A model generated the notes under the pieces. It did no database searches and had not been told where the DNA came from. It worked only from the letters and a program-made list of their open reading frames with translations. DNA of 64,000 nucleotides from Octopus vulgaris (Eukaryota): the NCBI GenBank assembly GCA_951406725.2, contig OX597826.1, forward strand, positions 41,230,001 through 41,294,000, read 5' to 3'. Shown piece by piece: positions 12,869 to 26,680 of the stretch (position 1 is the first letter of the stretch; every line of letters starts with the position of its first letter). A program made the translations under genes and the position numbers.

Positions 12869-13872
12869 GTAAGTAATAGAAATGGAAGAGAAACTTTATG
12901 GAAATTACAGTAAAATAGAGGGACATTGTTTTGTCCTGATAAACTAGAATATTGTGTGTGTCATCTTTCAGTTGCTGTTGTTTTTGTTGTTTTAATATCA
13001 GTAGTGTGGATTTATACAAACACACATGCACTGAAACAAAAGAAACCTGTAGTAGTTTATTTGTTTGGTTAAAACTGATTACTCCTTGTCAGTATGATGT
13101 TGCACAAAATGTGGATGCTTTTTGGTGGGTAGAAAGCTACAATCTGCTGGATATGCAATATTAGTCTGCAAGACCTGCTACAAGTGAGGTGAGAAGGCAT
13201 TAATGAGGCAGTATTGTTGTAGAAAATAATGTAGAGTTGGTGCATATTGACCGTGTAAGAGATTAAGGACTTAACAATGTGATACAAGATTATAAAATAG
13301 TTTTACAGTACAGTATATTACCATATATAGTCTTATTAGCCTATTTCACCTTAAAGTAAAGGGCTCAGGAGCAGTTCTCTTAACTGCTTGTGGCTGGAAA
13401 TCTTGAAGGTGAAGCTAAGCATGCGTGAAGACACATGCCATCCAATAAACTGAAATACAAACTGCAAAATTCTGCTCAAATGTTTTACCACCATCATATC
13501 CACATACTAGTGAAGGAATTTCTATACAATCTCTTGTTATGAGAAATAGCAGCTAAATTCCTACAAAAAATCACAACTATCTTTAAAAAAGGACTCCTTG
13601 GGCAGTGTAGTCCTAGATGTACAAAAAGTGATGGTTTTGATCATAGTTTTACTCAGAGTTGATATAGGGTTAAATACCATCACTAAGCATCTTCATATCC
13701 ATAACCCGCCTCTTTTGTATCCTCAGTTTTTTCTGTCCTAATTTATTTAGAGAGGGTTACAAGAAATGAACAAACACAATTAGTAGTAATTTTATTAGAC
13801 ATAAGGATGAAACTATCATAATACAGTTGTTGATGTTTATTTATTGACTCTGCATAAATTTTTTTTGTTTAG

Positions 13873-14075
13873 GTTGTGTATTGAATGATTTTGAATATGA
13901 ACCACAATATTTATTAGAAGAAAACTCCCCCTCAGAAGCTCTTCCTTATCTACGTCCAAGACGAAGACAAATCGCTCGCACAAGGATCAGTGAAAGAGTT
14001 CGCGCTCGCATTCAGGAATACCGTGAAGGCTTAGCACGTCTTGTATGTGATGATAAAGATTCTGGAGCCTTTGAG
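13873..14075 (+). CDS. PHRF1: PHRF1-like exon 7 (RRQIARTRISERVRARIQ)
   Basis: IARTRxSERVR motif as in PHRF1; splice phases 1 to 0 consistent. Confidence 0.9.
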
Positions 14076-14855
14076 GTATGGCCAATTTTCTGATTTGTTT
14101 CTGGTCTGCAGTTATTCCTGCATTTTTTATTCTATTGTCTATGTTGCTTAGCTTTTCTACTTTGGGAAAGCCATGCTTCATTGCAGATTTTATTGCACTA
14201 CCAGGATTAAATTTCAAAATACAAAAAAATGTTTTAAATGACTTGGAAAATTAATTAATTAACCATTTTTTGGTGTATTCACATACTTATAAAGAAGGTA
14301 TCAGCTTATTTCTCTTTATTATTATTATAATGATGATAACAGAAAGAAATGGTTTTAGGATTTGGAGACAAATTACAAAGCAAGACTGCAAATATCTCAA
14401 AAACTACATTGTATTAAATTAGACACTATATTTTGATGATATTAAAGTATTTTATTTTAAGATAAAGAATTAGTGACAGCAGTAGCAGCAGTAGAACTTT
14501 GTTTCCTTATTGGTGTAAGTTTGAAGATGTCTTGTTAGAACTGGTGTTTATATTGTCTTTTTCAATTGCGAATTAATCATAAAGTAACTGCCATTTAATT
14601 TGTAGCTGTAAGTCATGTACAGTACTAAAAGACAGATCAGAGTATCTGTTATATGAATTATGCTGTGTTAATAAAAGAGGTTATACTATAAAATTTCATT
14701 TCAGAACTCTGGTATCTCTTGACTGGTTTTTGAGTTGTTAGTTGATGGCAGTAGTTTAACTAATGCATACATTGTTAATTGAATGCTTTAAAGAATAGTC
14801 CAGTTATAAATATTGGCTGATGTTGTACAAATGAATTTTTTTTTATGTCTTTCAG

Positions 14856-15020
14856 AGAGGGAGTACATCTACAGAATTAAGTCGAACACGAAGCCAGACT
14901 CGGCAGTCAGAGGCAAGCAAAAAACAATCAACAAGAAGGAAATCCAAAAGATTGGCATCTGGTAAAAAAAAAGTCCTCTCCAGGAGAAAACAGCAACGGC
15001 GTGCCAAGACCTTAAAAAAG
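14856..15020 (+). CDS. PHRF1: PHRF1-like exon 8 (basic, K/R-rich, NLS-like)
   Basis: ttcag| acceptor, AAG|GTTTTT donor, 55 open codons, phase 0-0. Confidence 0.8.
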
Positions 15021-15625
15021 GTTTTTGTTTTATCTATGTCTAATATATAATTGATATTTGAAGTGAAGATTGCCATTGGCAGTCATTAAAGTGCAGGCTT
15101 AACTGATGATCTGTAGTTGATTTTTAGACACATATAGCCAATTGACTCCAGAGTACTACTGCTACCTAATCAGTATTTGGTCTATATAGCTATCTAATTA
15201 AGAAGGTTGCTTTTCATGCATGTGGATTCAGGTTTGATCCTACTACAAGACCTCAGATAAGTGTCTTCTATTCTAGCTTTGGAAAAGTGGATGTAAAAAT
15301 GATATATATGCGAGAGAGAGAGAGAGAGAGACAGTGTGTGTGCATCTGTTGTAAACTGGTGTGATGAGCTGAAGAGGTTGGTGTTAGGAAGGACATCCAG
15401 CTGTAGAAACCATGATAAATAGCCATTTAGAGCTTGGTGCAGCCATCTGGTTTATCAGTTCATGTTGAACCATCGAACATGTCAGCTTGATGATTGAAAA
15501 AAATTATTTTTAATTTGTAGGGAGTGGGGTCAGGTATATTGAGATGGATGTATAAAACTATTTTATTTAAATGTAATGATCCTTTTCCTTTTTGTTTTTT
15601 CTTTTTTTATCTTCCCTTCCACTAG

Positions 15626-15813
15626 AATCAAATACTAGACAGACTCTGCAATACAACTAAGAGCCCTAAATCCCGTCTTGCTGGTAAACTTGGATTAACC
15701 AAGTCAAGGAAATCTGAGCGAACAACAGCTGAACAAGTAGCCAAAGAAAACTTGTATGGAATAAAACCTTTGTCAATTATGGGACACAAGCATGAATTGG
15801 ATCAATTTGATGA
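15626..15813 (+). CDS. PHRF1: PHRF1-like exon 9 (KSRLAGKLGL...LSIMGHKHELDQFD)
   Basis: Polypyrimidine tract + actag|, GA|GTAAGG donor; open frame, phase 0 to 2. Confidence 0.85.
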
Positions 15814-16409
15814 GTAAGGAATAACATTTATCCCTGCTTTGTTCTTTTATAAACATAGCTTAGAATTTCTTGATAGTAATGGATTATTTTTTCAGTCATA
15901 GAAACTGTCCTTTGTCAGTTTAATTTTTGTGACTTTTATTATTTTGTTGAGCTGGGTATTGATATTGTAAATCTGTATTGATGGCAGTAGCATCACTAAT
16001 GGTGATTGTTCTCTGAAGTATCCACAAGATTCCGCATTACATTTTTTAAAATTCTGAACTAAGAATTAGATTTATCTATCCCTGAACCTCATTGGGACAT
16101 TGTTGCTTCAGTGAAATTCATTATATTGCAAGAAAAATATTGCTGAGTTACAGATGGTAATGTTAAAATTTCTTTGTCAATGAACTGTCTGGTAGCTTTG
16201 TGCTTTGAAAGATGTGTAGAACGATAACTTCCTTACTTCAAATGAAGTAATGGTTAGTAAAAGGAAGACCATTTGGCTGTAAAACAGTGTCTCACTAATA
16301 TGTATTCATGTAACCCATACTTGCTTGGCAAACTGAACATAAAATGAACTAACAAAGTTTACAACTTTCTGTAATTTCTTTTATAAACACATTACTCTGT
16401 GTTTTATAG

Positions 16410-16547
16410 AGATGATTCCTTTGGTCGATCAAGTGAACCACAAGCAAGTACTTCAATGTTATCTGCAGCAGCCTCAAAAAGATCTTCAAAATATTCAGCC
16501 TCTGCGTTACTCTCCCGACAACCGGTTGCTCGCCCGTTGTTATGCAA
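16410..16547 (+). CDS. PHRF1: PHRF1-like exon 10 (SASALLSRQPVARP)
   Basis: ttttatag| acceptor, AA|GTAAGG donor, phase 2-2; resembles the ALRSHQPVARP segment of PHRF1. Confidence 0.85.
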
Positions 16548-16975
16548 GTAAGGACGTTACCAAATATTTATGTAACTCTCTATTAGCTGTTCTCTTTGTG
16601 TTGAGTTTATGTAATATATATGTAATTGTGTTTGCATAAAGTATATATAATGTGTTTCCTGCAACTGTAGTGTGTCTGGCCAGTGAAACACACTGCTCTT
16701 TGAATTGAATTCTCTCAAACAACTTGCACTGAGAACATTTTAACACACATGCACATGCTACACGTTTCAAACGAATCAAACTTGTAACACTTCTTCCTAT
16801 CTCCTATACATGCACAGTCACAGTAAAACAGTAACTTGGTTTTACTGTTTGACCATTGATAACTTTTGCAATTTAATCATGACTCATTGCAGATTTTTGT
16901 TCTGTTTTCTCCCATATCATGTAGTGTTTCTCTTAAATGCTGAAAGTAAGTTTCTTTTCTCTATTTTTATAATAG

Positions 16976-17148
16976 GTTGCCAGATGATAAAGCCAACAGT
17001 AGTCTTTTCTCTTGTCAGAGTAGCAGCTCTGGTGCCAGTAACAGCAGCAGTGGTGTTGGTGGGGCTGGACTTGATTTGTTAGGAACTATTATGATGGAAC
17101 AAAGTATTCTTCATATGAAAAGTAAAGACATCAAAATAAACCGAGATG
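16976..17148 (+). CDS. PHRF1: PHRF1-like exon 11 (DLLGTIMMEQSILHMKSKDIKINRDG)
   Basis: Matches the conserved DLLGSI...Q...I.RDGSL block of PHRF1; G|GTATGT donor. Confidence 0.92.
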
Positions 17149-18592
17149 GTATGTGAGACTTCTAAAATTAACCCTTGACTCCTTTTATGTCTTCTCAGAT
17201 CGTACACTCTGCCCTTTATAAATTATTCTAAATTAAATGAATCAAAACTAGGCATTTTCCTCTGTAAATATACATCTAACAACCCAGTGCTACTATCGCG
17301 ACCCTATAATTAAATACTGATCAAGCATAATTTACTGACTTCATTCACGTGTTAATTATTAGTTGAATTAGTAAAGGTTTCTAAGGATTAATTGTACTGT
17401 CACATAGTTGTTGATGGCCTCCAGCCCTGACTTGCACCCTTAAGAGATCATTTCAGTTTTAAATTCCATTACCTTTCTGCACATAGATACCAAAGAAGAC
17501 TCTAAAATCATGAAGTATGTTTGACTTTGGTGACAGCCTATAGTTAAGACACCTTTATAAAATTTAGTCCTTAGTGCTGTTAAGAATATACACACACACA
17601 CACAGTTATTTTTTCCATTCACAATATTGATATTGAATAGATCCTATAGCAAATTGGGTGGGTGGTTGATGCAACTAATGTAAATATTTTCTACATACAA
17701 AGCTTTTTAAACTAAGCACTGTATGATAATACTTGTTAATTTCACAGCACTTCTGTTGGCTGAACTACTGTTATGATACCTATTTATAGTTCAGTGGACT
17801 TAGCCAGTGGTAGATTTTTGTATATACTTAATATATAACTGAGTGCTGTTTAAAATCATGGGAGGTGTTTATATTTTAATGTATATTGCATACTCAATTA
17901 CAGTAAGCTTTATGTTTATTACTAAGAGCTTTTTGTAGTTAATTTCACTTGAACATAGTGTAGACATAAATATCACTGTTTATATTTTCATTATGATTCA
18001 TGATTGTTTGATAAAACTGTCATTCTTGTTTATACCAATCTTCAATTTTATGTACTGTAACTTATGATACCAAATCAAACAAGGAATCGATTATTGGCCT
18101 GTATCATACACTATCATAATGGAAGAAAAGACCTTTGCTTAATTGTTCTCCTATCACTGATCATTTATAAATAATTCCTTGAATAGTAAAAAATATTTTT
18201 ATTCAAATCTTAGGTATCAAGGTCATTACATTAGTGACAAAGATACAAACCCTTCAGCAAGGAGGCCTGCATCGTGTTAACTTATTGGCTAAAACTTTGT
18301 TTCCTTGTAACTTATCAAAATAATTCATATTTTTGCACATGCAAAAGAATCAACCAAATTATTTGCTATTTTAATTTTTTGTTTAGGAGCTGATTTTCTG
18401 GGATGTCCTTTCTATCTCTATACTATCTTTTCATTGGTTTAATCTCTGACCCTAAATGTAGATGTAAATATTGAAATATCTCTTGAGATAGGGCTAATGG
18501 TGTGAAAAAGGTCTATCTGTGATTATTTACTTTCATGTTTAAAATTTTGTTGAACAAGAATTCTTTTTAAATGATGCACTCTTCTTTTTTAG

Positions 18593-21500
18593 GTTCATTG
18601 ACTGCCAAGAAGCCAGTTCCTGTCAGTGTAGAAGAATGCCAAAGCAAACCTTCACAGTTGCATTTTGATTACTCAACATCTAAAGAAGATGAAAATTCCA
18701 AAATCCAGGTGGATAATGATTCTGAAAAGAATCTAGAATCTCCTGAGGAGGAAAATTCTACCACTTCTGTTGCAAGTCCTCAGAGTAAAAATGATCATGA
18801 ACTTGAAAAGATTCATAACAGTTCTAGTGAATCAAAAGAGGAAAGATCTCCTGTAGCATCTGGTGAGAGTGAACCAGAGGCAAAGGTATCCGAACCAGAA
18901 GAAGAAGAAGAAGTAGAGACGGAATGTTCCGAAACTGTTGATGAAAATCTTGCTTGTGTAAATGAGGAAGAGGAAGCGGAAGAAGAGGAGGGTGAAAAAG
19001 AAGAGGAGGAAGATGAAAGGGAGGAGGACATGGGTGAGGAGGAAGAATGTAAAGGAAATGTCAGCGATGACACTAAAATTAATAACAATAACAACAACAA
19101 AAGTGTTGGAGATGAAAGTCAGGAAGAAACAGAAGACAGTTCACAGGATGGTGTGTTAGATGCAGCAACGGTGAGTAATAACTCAGATGGTGAGGATATC
19201 AAGAGTGCTTCACCAGATACAGAAATGAACAGCCAACTATACAAGAGTGATGACAGCTGTGCTGCGGAGAACAATAAGGAAATTACTGAACCAGAAATGG
19301 AAAATACGTATGATCCAATACTAGAAGAGAAAACTATTTCCGAGGTGGATTCTGTTGGCTTCAGTCCTGAACTTGATCTGGAACAACAGAGTGAAGCTGA
19401 GGATACAGCTCCTATTAAGGAAGGAGAGTCAAGTTGTGAAGATGCTTCTTCTGTGAATGTTGACAGTGAGAGAAATAAAGTAGAATCTGAAAGTATTGGT
19501 GAACAGCAAGAGGACAGTGATGAAGATGAGGGCTGTCCTGATGAGGTGGACAAATCAGACAAGGAAGAAGACGCGAAACAAACTGGTGAAACTTCAGATA
19601 TTGAAGACAATATTAAATCAGCTGAGGAAGATGTTGATGAGGAAGTGCCTGAGGAAGAGTGTAAATTTGATACAGAAGATGACAATGCTCAGAAGGAGAG
19701 CACTGTTGATGAATTAGAGTCATCAGTTGATTTTGACAAAGCTGATAGTCATAAGGACCTTGCTGCCGACGATCAACCTTCAAAAGAAATGTCTCCGCTA
19801 GACAACTTTGAGAAATCTGAATCTGTGAGGGATGAGGAATCTGATGAAAATGTCGACTCTGGAGTTGCAGGAGAGAATTTAGTATCTGATGAACCAACTT
19901 CTAAGAAGTTTGAGATTATTGAAGAAATGTCAGACCATTTTGATGATGCAACATCTACAAATATGACTGATTTAGAAAAAGTTTATCAAGAAAGTTCTGA
20001 AAACTATGAAGAAACCAATGAAATGGTAGAGAAAGAAGCATCTGGCAGTGAGAGTGAGGCCAGTTCTGTTGCAGAGGGTGAGAGAGAAGGGGATAAACCC
20101 AAAGTACCAATTTCTGAGCTACCAAGGATCCCTAAGAGAAGTCGAAGGGAATTGTATAAACGGGAGAAATCATCCAGAAGTGATGGTCCTGAGTTGAAGA
20201 GTGTTCTTGGAAGAGTAGACATGTCTGATTATAAAATGAAACGAGGCTGGGGAAAGAAAGATCGTAAAAGTCGGTGGGATCCTGATGACTGGAATCAATC
20301 GGAAAGGGATCTTGATTTTATCAGTAGCCGAGACCGTAAGTCAGATGGAAATAAAAGTTACCATTCAGATCGTTCTGAAAGTAGTCACGAGAGTGAAAAA
20401 TATGGCTTTGAGTACAAAGAATCAAGATCTCGGAAGAAACGACATGATATTTCTCGAAGTCACTCAAAAAGCCATAAAGAAAGTACAGTAGATTACAGAG
20501 ACATTCCACACTGTCGTTATTCTCCAGAGAAATCCAAAACCCGAAAACGAGAGCGTAGTCGTAACCACAGTCGCTCATGTTCTCGGGATAAAGTCTTTGA
20601 TTATGACAAATCAAGCAAGAGAAAGAGTAGAGGGCGTAGCAGGGACAAAAGTCCCGGCAGAAAGTCCAAAAGACATCGCTCTTACTCTAGAAGCCCATCA
20701 CGTAAATCTCATAAAGACAGAGGTTTGAGTGATAAAAGGCGGCACAGAGATGAACGCAAGAGAGTTGAAGACCGTGTCCATAAGCGATATTCTGACAGAT
20801 TGGAATATGAAGAGAAAAAAAATAGACATCACCCAGAAGAATTTGAGGAGTGGGATGATGGTTCTTGCCAAGTTATTGATTATCCTGTAGAACAAAATGA
20901 ATCCCCTCCAACAACTAAATCAGAGCGAAGCAAAAAATCCTCTGACCGTTTCTATAAAACTTCTCCAAATGATAAAGTAAGTGAAAATTTCTTTGAAAAA
21001 AGACCGTCACAAGAAAGAAGTGCTTTTAAAGGAAATAAGGTAGATGATACAGGGCATTTCTACAATGCACGCTCAACAACTAAAAAGCAAAAATTTGTTG
21101 ATCGCTTTTATAAAGCTCCGCATCTCCGAGATGCTGGTACAGAAAAATTCCCAATTCATCTGTCTGAAGATGAAACTGAAGCTGAGCCAACTGCCAGCAA
21201 ACCTGAGACCGAGGAAGTCCAGAAGAGCAATGATGATGAAAATCAAGTGAAAGAAAATGAAACTGACAGTGGAAATAGTGAGTATGATCCTGCATTCCCA
21301 ACAGAGTCAGGAAGTCCAATGCGACGCGAAGCGGCTCCACAATTGCTTGAAAAAGTTGAGGAAGAGAGCACACCAGCTTTGTCTGAATCTGAAAGTAGTT
21401 CTGCACCTTGCGCAACTATTGAAGACACTTCACCTACTTGCACACAGGCTGTTGTAGCAAGTGACCCTCCATTCATACTCCAAGAAAACCCCAGTGTACA

Positions 21501-22830
21501 AAATCTTCCAGTGCAATCCCAGAACATTACATTTCCTATGGGACTTCGAATGATGCCCCCCAATATGCCTCAGCATCTGATGATGAACCCCATGTTTTTA
21601 AGTCGCCCTCCTCCATTCGGTAGGTTACCTCGTATGGCTGGACCTGTAAATCGAATGGGTTGGCCCATGAATCCTTCAGGAATGATGCAGTTACCTCCCA
21701 ATCGTTTTGGACCAGCACGTATGGGTCCTGGTGGTGCAATGCCTCCAAGGCCGGGTCTACTCAATGGAGGGTTTGAGAGCATGTCTCAAGAACCTGGGCA
21801 ACCTATGTCTTCTTTCAAGCAACACCCATGTGACCCCAGACACCTTCCTTCCCAAAGCCACTCGCCTGGACAAATTTCTCGCACTGGCCTTCCCACCCCA
21901 CCCAATATATCACACATACCTCCTCCTGGGCCTTTGCTCACACAGCAGCACCCTCCTCCTCCCCCTCCAACCTCACAAATGCATATGCCCCTACCCACCA
22001 CATCACTTGCAACGACATCGTCTCAATCTCTGAACTTGGAATTAGACGATGGTCAAAGCCCAGCCTCAGTTCACTTGCCACAGCACCAGCAACAGAGTCT
22101 TGGCACGATAGGGATTAGCAAAGCTCAACCGTCCTCTGAAAAGTCTCTGCCACCAAATTTCATTGTACCTGAAATGAATCAGTTAACAAAACTGCTTGAA
22201 GCCCAGGCACAACTGGCAATGTTAGCTGAAGACGGCAGCAAGAGCGAGGGCAAGCAGAGGAACAAACAGCCGTCTATCTCTCAGAACAGTGATATTGATG
22301 TTTTTAAAATTCCCTTGCCTCCCATGGCCCCACCCACTATACCACCTCCAGCTTTAGCATTACAGTTAATGCCACCCCCAGATTCTCTTACTTTCTCTAC
22401 TAACACCACTTCTACTACTAACAATTCTGTTACTACCAATACATTTAGTAATAGTAATAGTAGTAGTAACAATATCAGTAGCAGCAACAACAACAACAAC
22501 AGCAGCAGTGGTGGTGGCGGTGGCAGCAGCAGTAGTAGCAGCAGCAACACTACCAGTAATAATGTAAAAGTCTATAAAAGCCATCAATTGAAATTATCGA
22601 ACAGCCACAGGTCATCAGAACCACCATCAGAGTCAACGGAAGTGGTGGACATGGATGTTGCTTCACCCCTTGATGATGATGTTGAAATTGAATTGCCTGC
22701 ATCACCAGAACTTGATGATATTGATGACAGTAAGCTGAGTTCCAAAGACTCTTCTGTAATAGAATTGTCTGTAGTTGAAGATATGCCTGCATCTGCAGTG
22801 GAATTGACCAATTTAACCAACAAAGAAAAG
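18593..22830 (+). CDS. PHRF1: PHRF1-like exon 12, 4238-nt exon encoding acidic, RS/K-rich, Pro/Met-rich and Ser/Asn-rich low-complexity regions
   Basis: Lies within the 1466-aa ORF; tttag|GT acceptor continues RDG-SL; AAG|GTAGGT donor follows SAVELTNLTNKEK. Confidence 0.95.
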
Positions 22831-23046
22831 GTAGGTACTCCTCTTTTTATCTTGCAATTAACATGTTTTCTTCTTCTTCCTCCTCCACCTCCTCCTCTCT
22901 CTCTCTCCATTGTTACAGGTGAAAAAAAGTCAGTTATCACCTGTTTATTGTGGTTTTTAAACCTGTTTTAATTTTAAGTGAGGTATGAATGAAACAAATT
23001 TCTCAGAAAGAACCAAAACAAAAAACTGAAGATTTGGGATTATTTA

Positions 23047-23237
23047 CCCTCTTACCATTTGTTTCAGTTAATCGTGAAAACAGTGAAGAATTTAGCAAAA
23101 TCACTTTGTCATTATTAATGCAGGCGTTAAATAAACATGAAACTTTGATAAAAACTCTTAATTTGGATCACTTTAAAACGAGAAGCTTATCTGGTAGAAC
23201 CAGAGGTGGTTTCAGGTGGGTTTGGTATTAGAAGGGG
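23047..23237. mobile_element. Possible degenerate piggyBac-type MITE
   Basis: TTTA-CCCTCTTACCA ... TGGTATTAGAAGGGG-TTAA, imperfect terminal inverted repeats. Confidence 0.35.
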
Positions 23238-23604
23238 TTAACTTCGTCAGGTTAGCTTGCTTGCTTGCTTGCTTCTATATAATTGCTTCTTAGTGCCTCA
23301 TGCTGTGTTTGATTTCATCTAAGACACATGTTTAAAGGAAAAAAATGTTTGAAATAAATCACTCCAGGTCCTTTATGTGGAATTGAACCTATATAACATG
23401 CTTTAACCCTTTAGCATTCAGATTTCTTTTTCAAATGTAAGGCTTATTTATTCACATTGTTTTGAATTATGCATATATCAAATTAACACACAGTAAACCT
23501 GTGGGGAAGGATATTCTAATCATGCTCATTCCATCTTTTTATTTTCCACACAGTCTCTCTCTGAGAATATTATTTGATATGTTTTAATTTTATTTTTAAG
23601 ATGA

Positions 23605-23830
23605 GCCAAGTGAAGCCATGGCCATTGCCAGTGTCATGTATATGGCACCTGTATCAGTGGCATGTAAAAATACTCAATACACTCTCAGAGTGGTTGGCAT
23701 TAGGAAGGGCACCCAGCTGTAGAAACCATGCTAAAATAGATTAGAACCTGGCGCAGCCCTATGGCTTACCAGTTCCAGTCAAACCGTCTAATTCATGCCA
23801 GCATGGAAAGTGAACGTTAAATGATGATGT
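23605..23830 (+). mobile_element. RTE LINE 3' tail
   Basis: Same conserved tail and (GAT)n end as the other copies. Confidence 0.8.
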
Positions 23831-24261
23831 AGGGTATTATTTAATGAAGATTTAGCTGCTATTTTTTGGTGGTATAAGCTGTTTTTTTGATTTTCCCCAA
23901 AAGTTCTAACTCAAGTAATCTCTTCTACTTGTCCTTTTGAATGGTTGTATGAGTAGACTGTTGAGCTTTGGTGTTCATACATTAACCGTTCAAATCCTTT
24001 GTATTCAGTTTGTGATGTTTATGGGTAAGACACTTTAGTCTGCATGGTTTTAGTGCATGTAGCTTATTGAGCAATAGCTGTCAGATTTAGGAAAGGATCA
24101 ATAGAATTGGTCATCCATTGATTTTTAAGACCACTGATTGGGAAAAGTCAAGAAACTGACTTGGTTACTTTTATTAAGAGAAGCAAAATATCTTCAACCA
24201 GGAATTGAAATTATATCTCAAGCTTGGGTAACCAGGAGAAAAATAATATAATTAATATATA

Positions 24262-24660
24262 GGCACAGGAGTGGCTGTGTGGTAAGTAGCTTGTTTACCA
24301 ACCATATGGTTCCGGGTTAAGTCCCACTGCGTGGCACCTTGGGCAAGTGTCTTCTACTATAGCCTCGGGCCGACCAAAGCCTTGTGAGTGGATTTGATAG
24401 ACGGAAACTGAAAGAAGCCCATCGTATATATGTATATATATATGCGTGTGTGTGTTTGTGTGTCTGTGTTTGTCCCTCTAGCATTGCTTGACAACTGATG
24501 CTGGTGTGTTTATGTCCCCGTTAACTTAGTGGTTCGGCAAAAGAGACCGATAGAATAAGTACTGGGCTTACAAAAGAATAAGTCCCGGGGTCGAGTTGCT
24601 TGATTAAAGGCGGTGCTCCAGCATGGCCGCTGTCAAATGACTGAAACCGGTAAAAGAAAT
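24262..24660 (+). mobile_element. SINE family A, full length
   Basis: Aligns end to end with 4966-5366. Confidence 0.9.
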
Positions 24661-25479
24661 ATAAAAAGTTCATAAAGGACTGTTACAGTTAAGAATTTGC
24701 AATTGTAGTGAATATTGATGTCTTATATTGATTTCACAAGTTTGTAGAGATGGAGTTGGGGTGAAGAAATTTAGTCTTTAATTTTGACTGGAGCTATTAA
24801 AAGGAAGCCAACTCAAAGTAATTTGAACTCAGAGCATTTGTTAGTTGTGGTAAGTGCAACTAAACACTGTCATTCAAGCTAGTATTCACTATTGTTTTGT
24901 CAGTCCACCCTTGAGCCACTGTAATATTAGTTACTGACAGCAATATTGCTTCTCTCTTGTCAATCCACTCTTTTCAGCCACTGTAATATTAGTAACAATA
25001 GACAATATTATGTTACTCCCTTACACAACCAACAATAATAGTAATTGTAAGTGCAAGTTTTCCATATATATATATGCCAGCTATTGCCATGCAGATCTTA
25101 CAATTTTCAGATTGTTATATTGGTAATGTTAGCTGTTAATGCCATAGTAGGAAAGTCTCAATAAGCTTGTAATTCTTTGTCCTAATTTCATTTCCTGGTT
25201 GGAGCTATTTCTGTTTTCAAGTGATGTGTGAGTGTTTTGAACTTGTAGGTGTTGTCTGTTGTCATTTCCTTGTCAATAAATTGTCTAGTAGGTCTGAAAT
25301 TCCAAAGACAAGCAGAATGAAAATTCCCCAGTTTGAAAAACAGGTAAGGATTAGTGGCAGGAAGGGCATCTGGCTGTAGTGTAACAATGCCTTAATAATG
25401 TGTGTTTGTGTGTGTGTGTGTGTGTATAACCTGTGCTAGTTTGGGAACATGGATGTAAAACAAACAAGGTGAACAGATA

Positions 25480-25685
25480 TCATCATCGTCTGCTTTCCAT
25501 GCTAGCATGCGTTGGACGTTTTGACTGAAGACTGGCGAACCAGATGGCTGCACCAGGCTCCAGTCTGATCTGGCAAAGTTTCTACAGCTGGATGTCCTTC
25601 CTAATGCCAACCACTCTGAGTGTAGTGGGTGCTTTTACGTGCCACCGGCACAAGGGCCAGTCTCGGGTGGTACTGGCAACGGCCT
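25480..25685 (-). mobile_element. RTE LINE 3' tail (one hairpin unit)
   Basis: (CAT)n...GCTTTCCATGCTAGCATG...CTTCCTAATGCCAACC...CTTTTACGTGCCACCGGC. Confidence 0.85.
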
Positions 25686-25884
25686 ATGAGCATAAGCATG
25701 TCTGAATGGCTAAGTAGTTTTCTTGCAACTATGAGGTCCCAGGTTTGATCCCACTTCAGGTTATTTGAAGCAAGTGTATTTTCCATAGCACGGAATTGTG
25801 AATCTAAGTTGGCAGGGGCTGTATTGAAGCCTGCCAGAAGGATTGTATTTTGGAATTTAAAGTCCAGCCTTGTCATGAGTCACC

Positions 25885-26268
25885 ACCACCATGATCGTTT
25901 TAATGACCACTTTTCCACACTCAGATGGAATTTGTTGAAATGGATTACCTATGGCTGGATGCCCTTCCTGTTGCCAACTCATGTTTCCAAGAGTAATATT
26001 TCCCCATGACCAGACATATTATTCTAGAATATTGGAAATAGACACTTTACATGAGTGACATTTGTTTACAACCATCATGCAGTGTTAAGGCATAGAAATA
26101 GTAACACAGACAAACAGGCTTCTTTCAGTTTCTGTCTACCAAATCCACTCACAATGCTGTGATCAGCCTGGGGCTATAGAAAACACTTGCCTAAGGTAGC
26201 ATACAGTGGGATTGAACCCCAAATCATATGATTGGGAAGTAAACTTCTTACCACACAAACTTGTGCCC
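25885..26268 (-). mobile_element. SINE A-like head joined to an RTE-like tail (degenerate)
   Basis: Reverse SINE A head at ~26115-26268; GGATGCCCTTCCTGTTGCCAAC motif at ~25957. Confidence 0.55.
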
Positions 26269-26358
26269 TTGTGTGTATATATAAATGGCATGTGGTTAGT
26301 AAGTAAATACATAATGTGTGGATGAGAGGACTCTTTAGTTTTATTGTGGATATGTGAA

Positions 26359-26680
26359 GGCATGTGGCTTAGTGGTTAGGGCATTCAGCTTACGATCGTA
26401 TGGTCGTGAGTTCAATTACTAGTGACACATTTTGTCCTTGAGCAAGACACTTTATTTCATGTTGCTCCAGTCCACTCAGCTGGCAAAAATGAGTAGTATC
26501 TGTATTTCAAAGGGTTGGCCTTGTCACACTTTGTGTCACGCTGAATCTCCCTGAGGACTACGTTAAGGGTACACATGTCTGTGGAGTGCTCAGCCACTTG
26601 CACATTAATTTCACGAGCAAGCTGTTCTCTTGATCGTATCAGCTGGGACCGTTGTCGTCATAACCGATGGAGTGCTCCTT
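26359..26680 (+). mobile_element. tRNA-derived SINE, family C
   Basis: TGGCTTAGTGG A box and GAGTTCAATT B box, followed by TGTCCTTGAGCAAGACACTTTA...CCACTCAGCTG central domain. Confidence 0.75.

Noticed and set aside
18813-22940. Many antisense and alternative-frame ORFs over the large exon
   Set aside because: Shadow ORFs of low-complexity coding sequence; no independent signals.
18571-22971. 1466-aa ORF as a standalone intronless gene
   Set aside because: It is one internal exon (18593-22830); both ORF ends run into intron sequence and the splice phases link it to flanking PHRF1 exons.
24890-25000. ~60-bp local tandem duplication (GCCACTGTAATATTAGT twice)
   Set aside because: Two diverged intronic copies with no structure or coding signal; ordinary slippage duplication.
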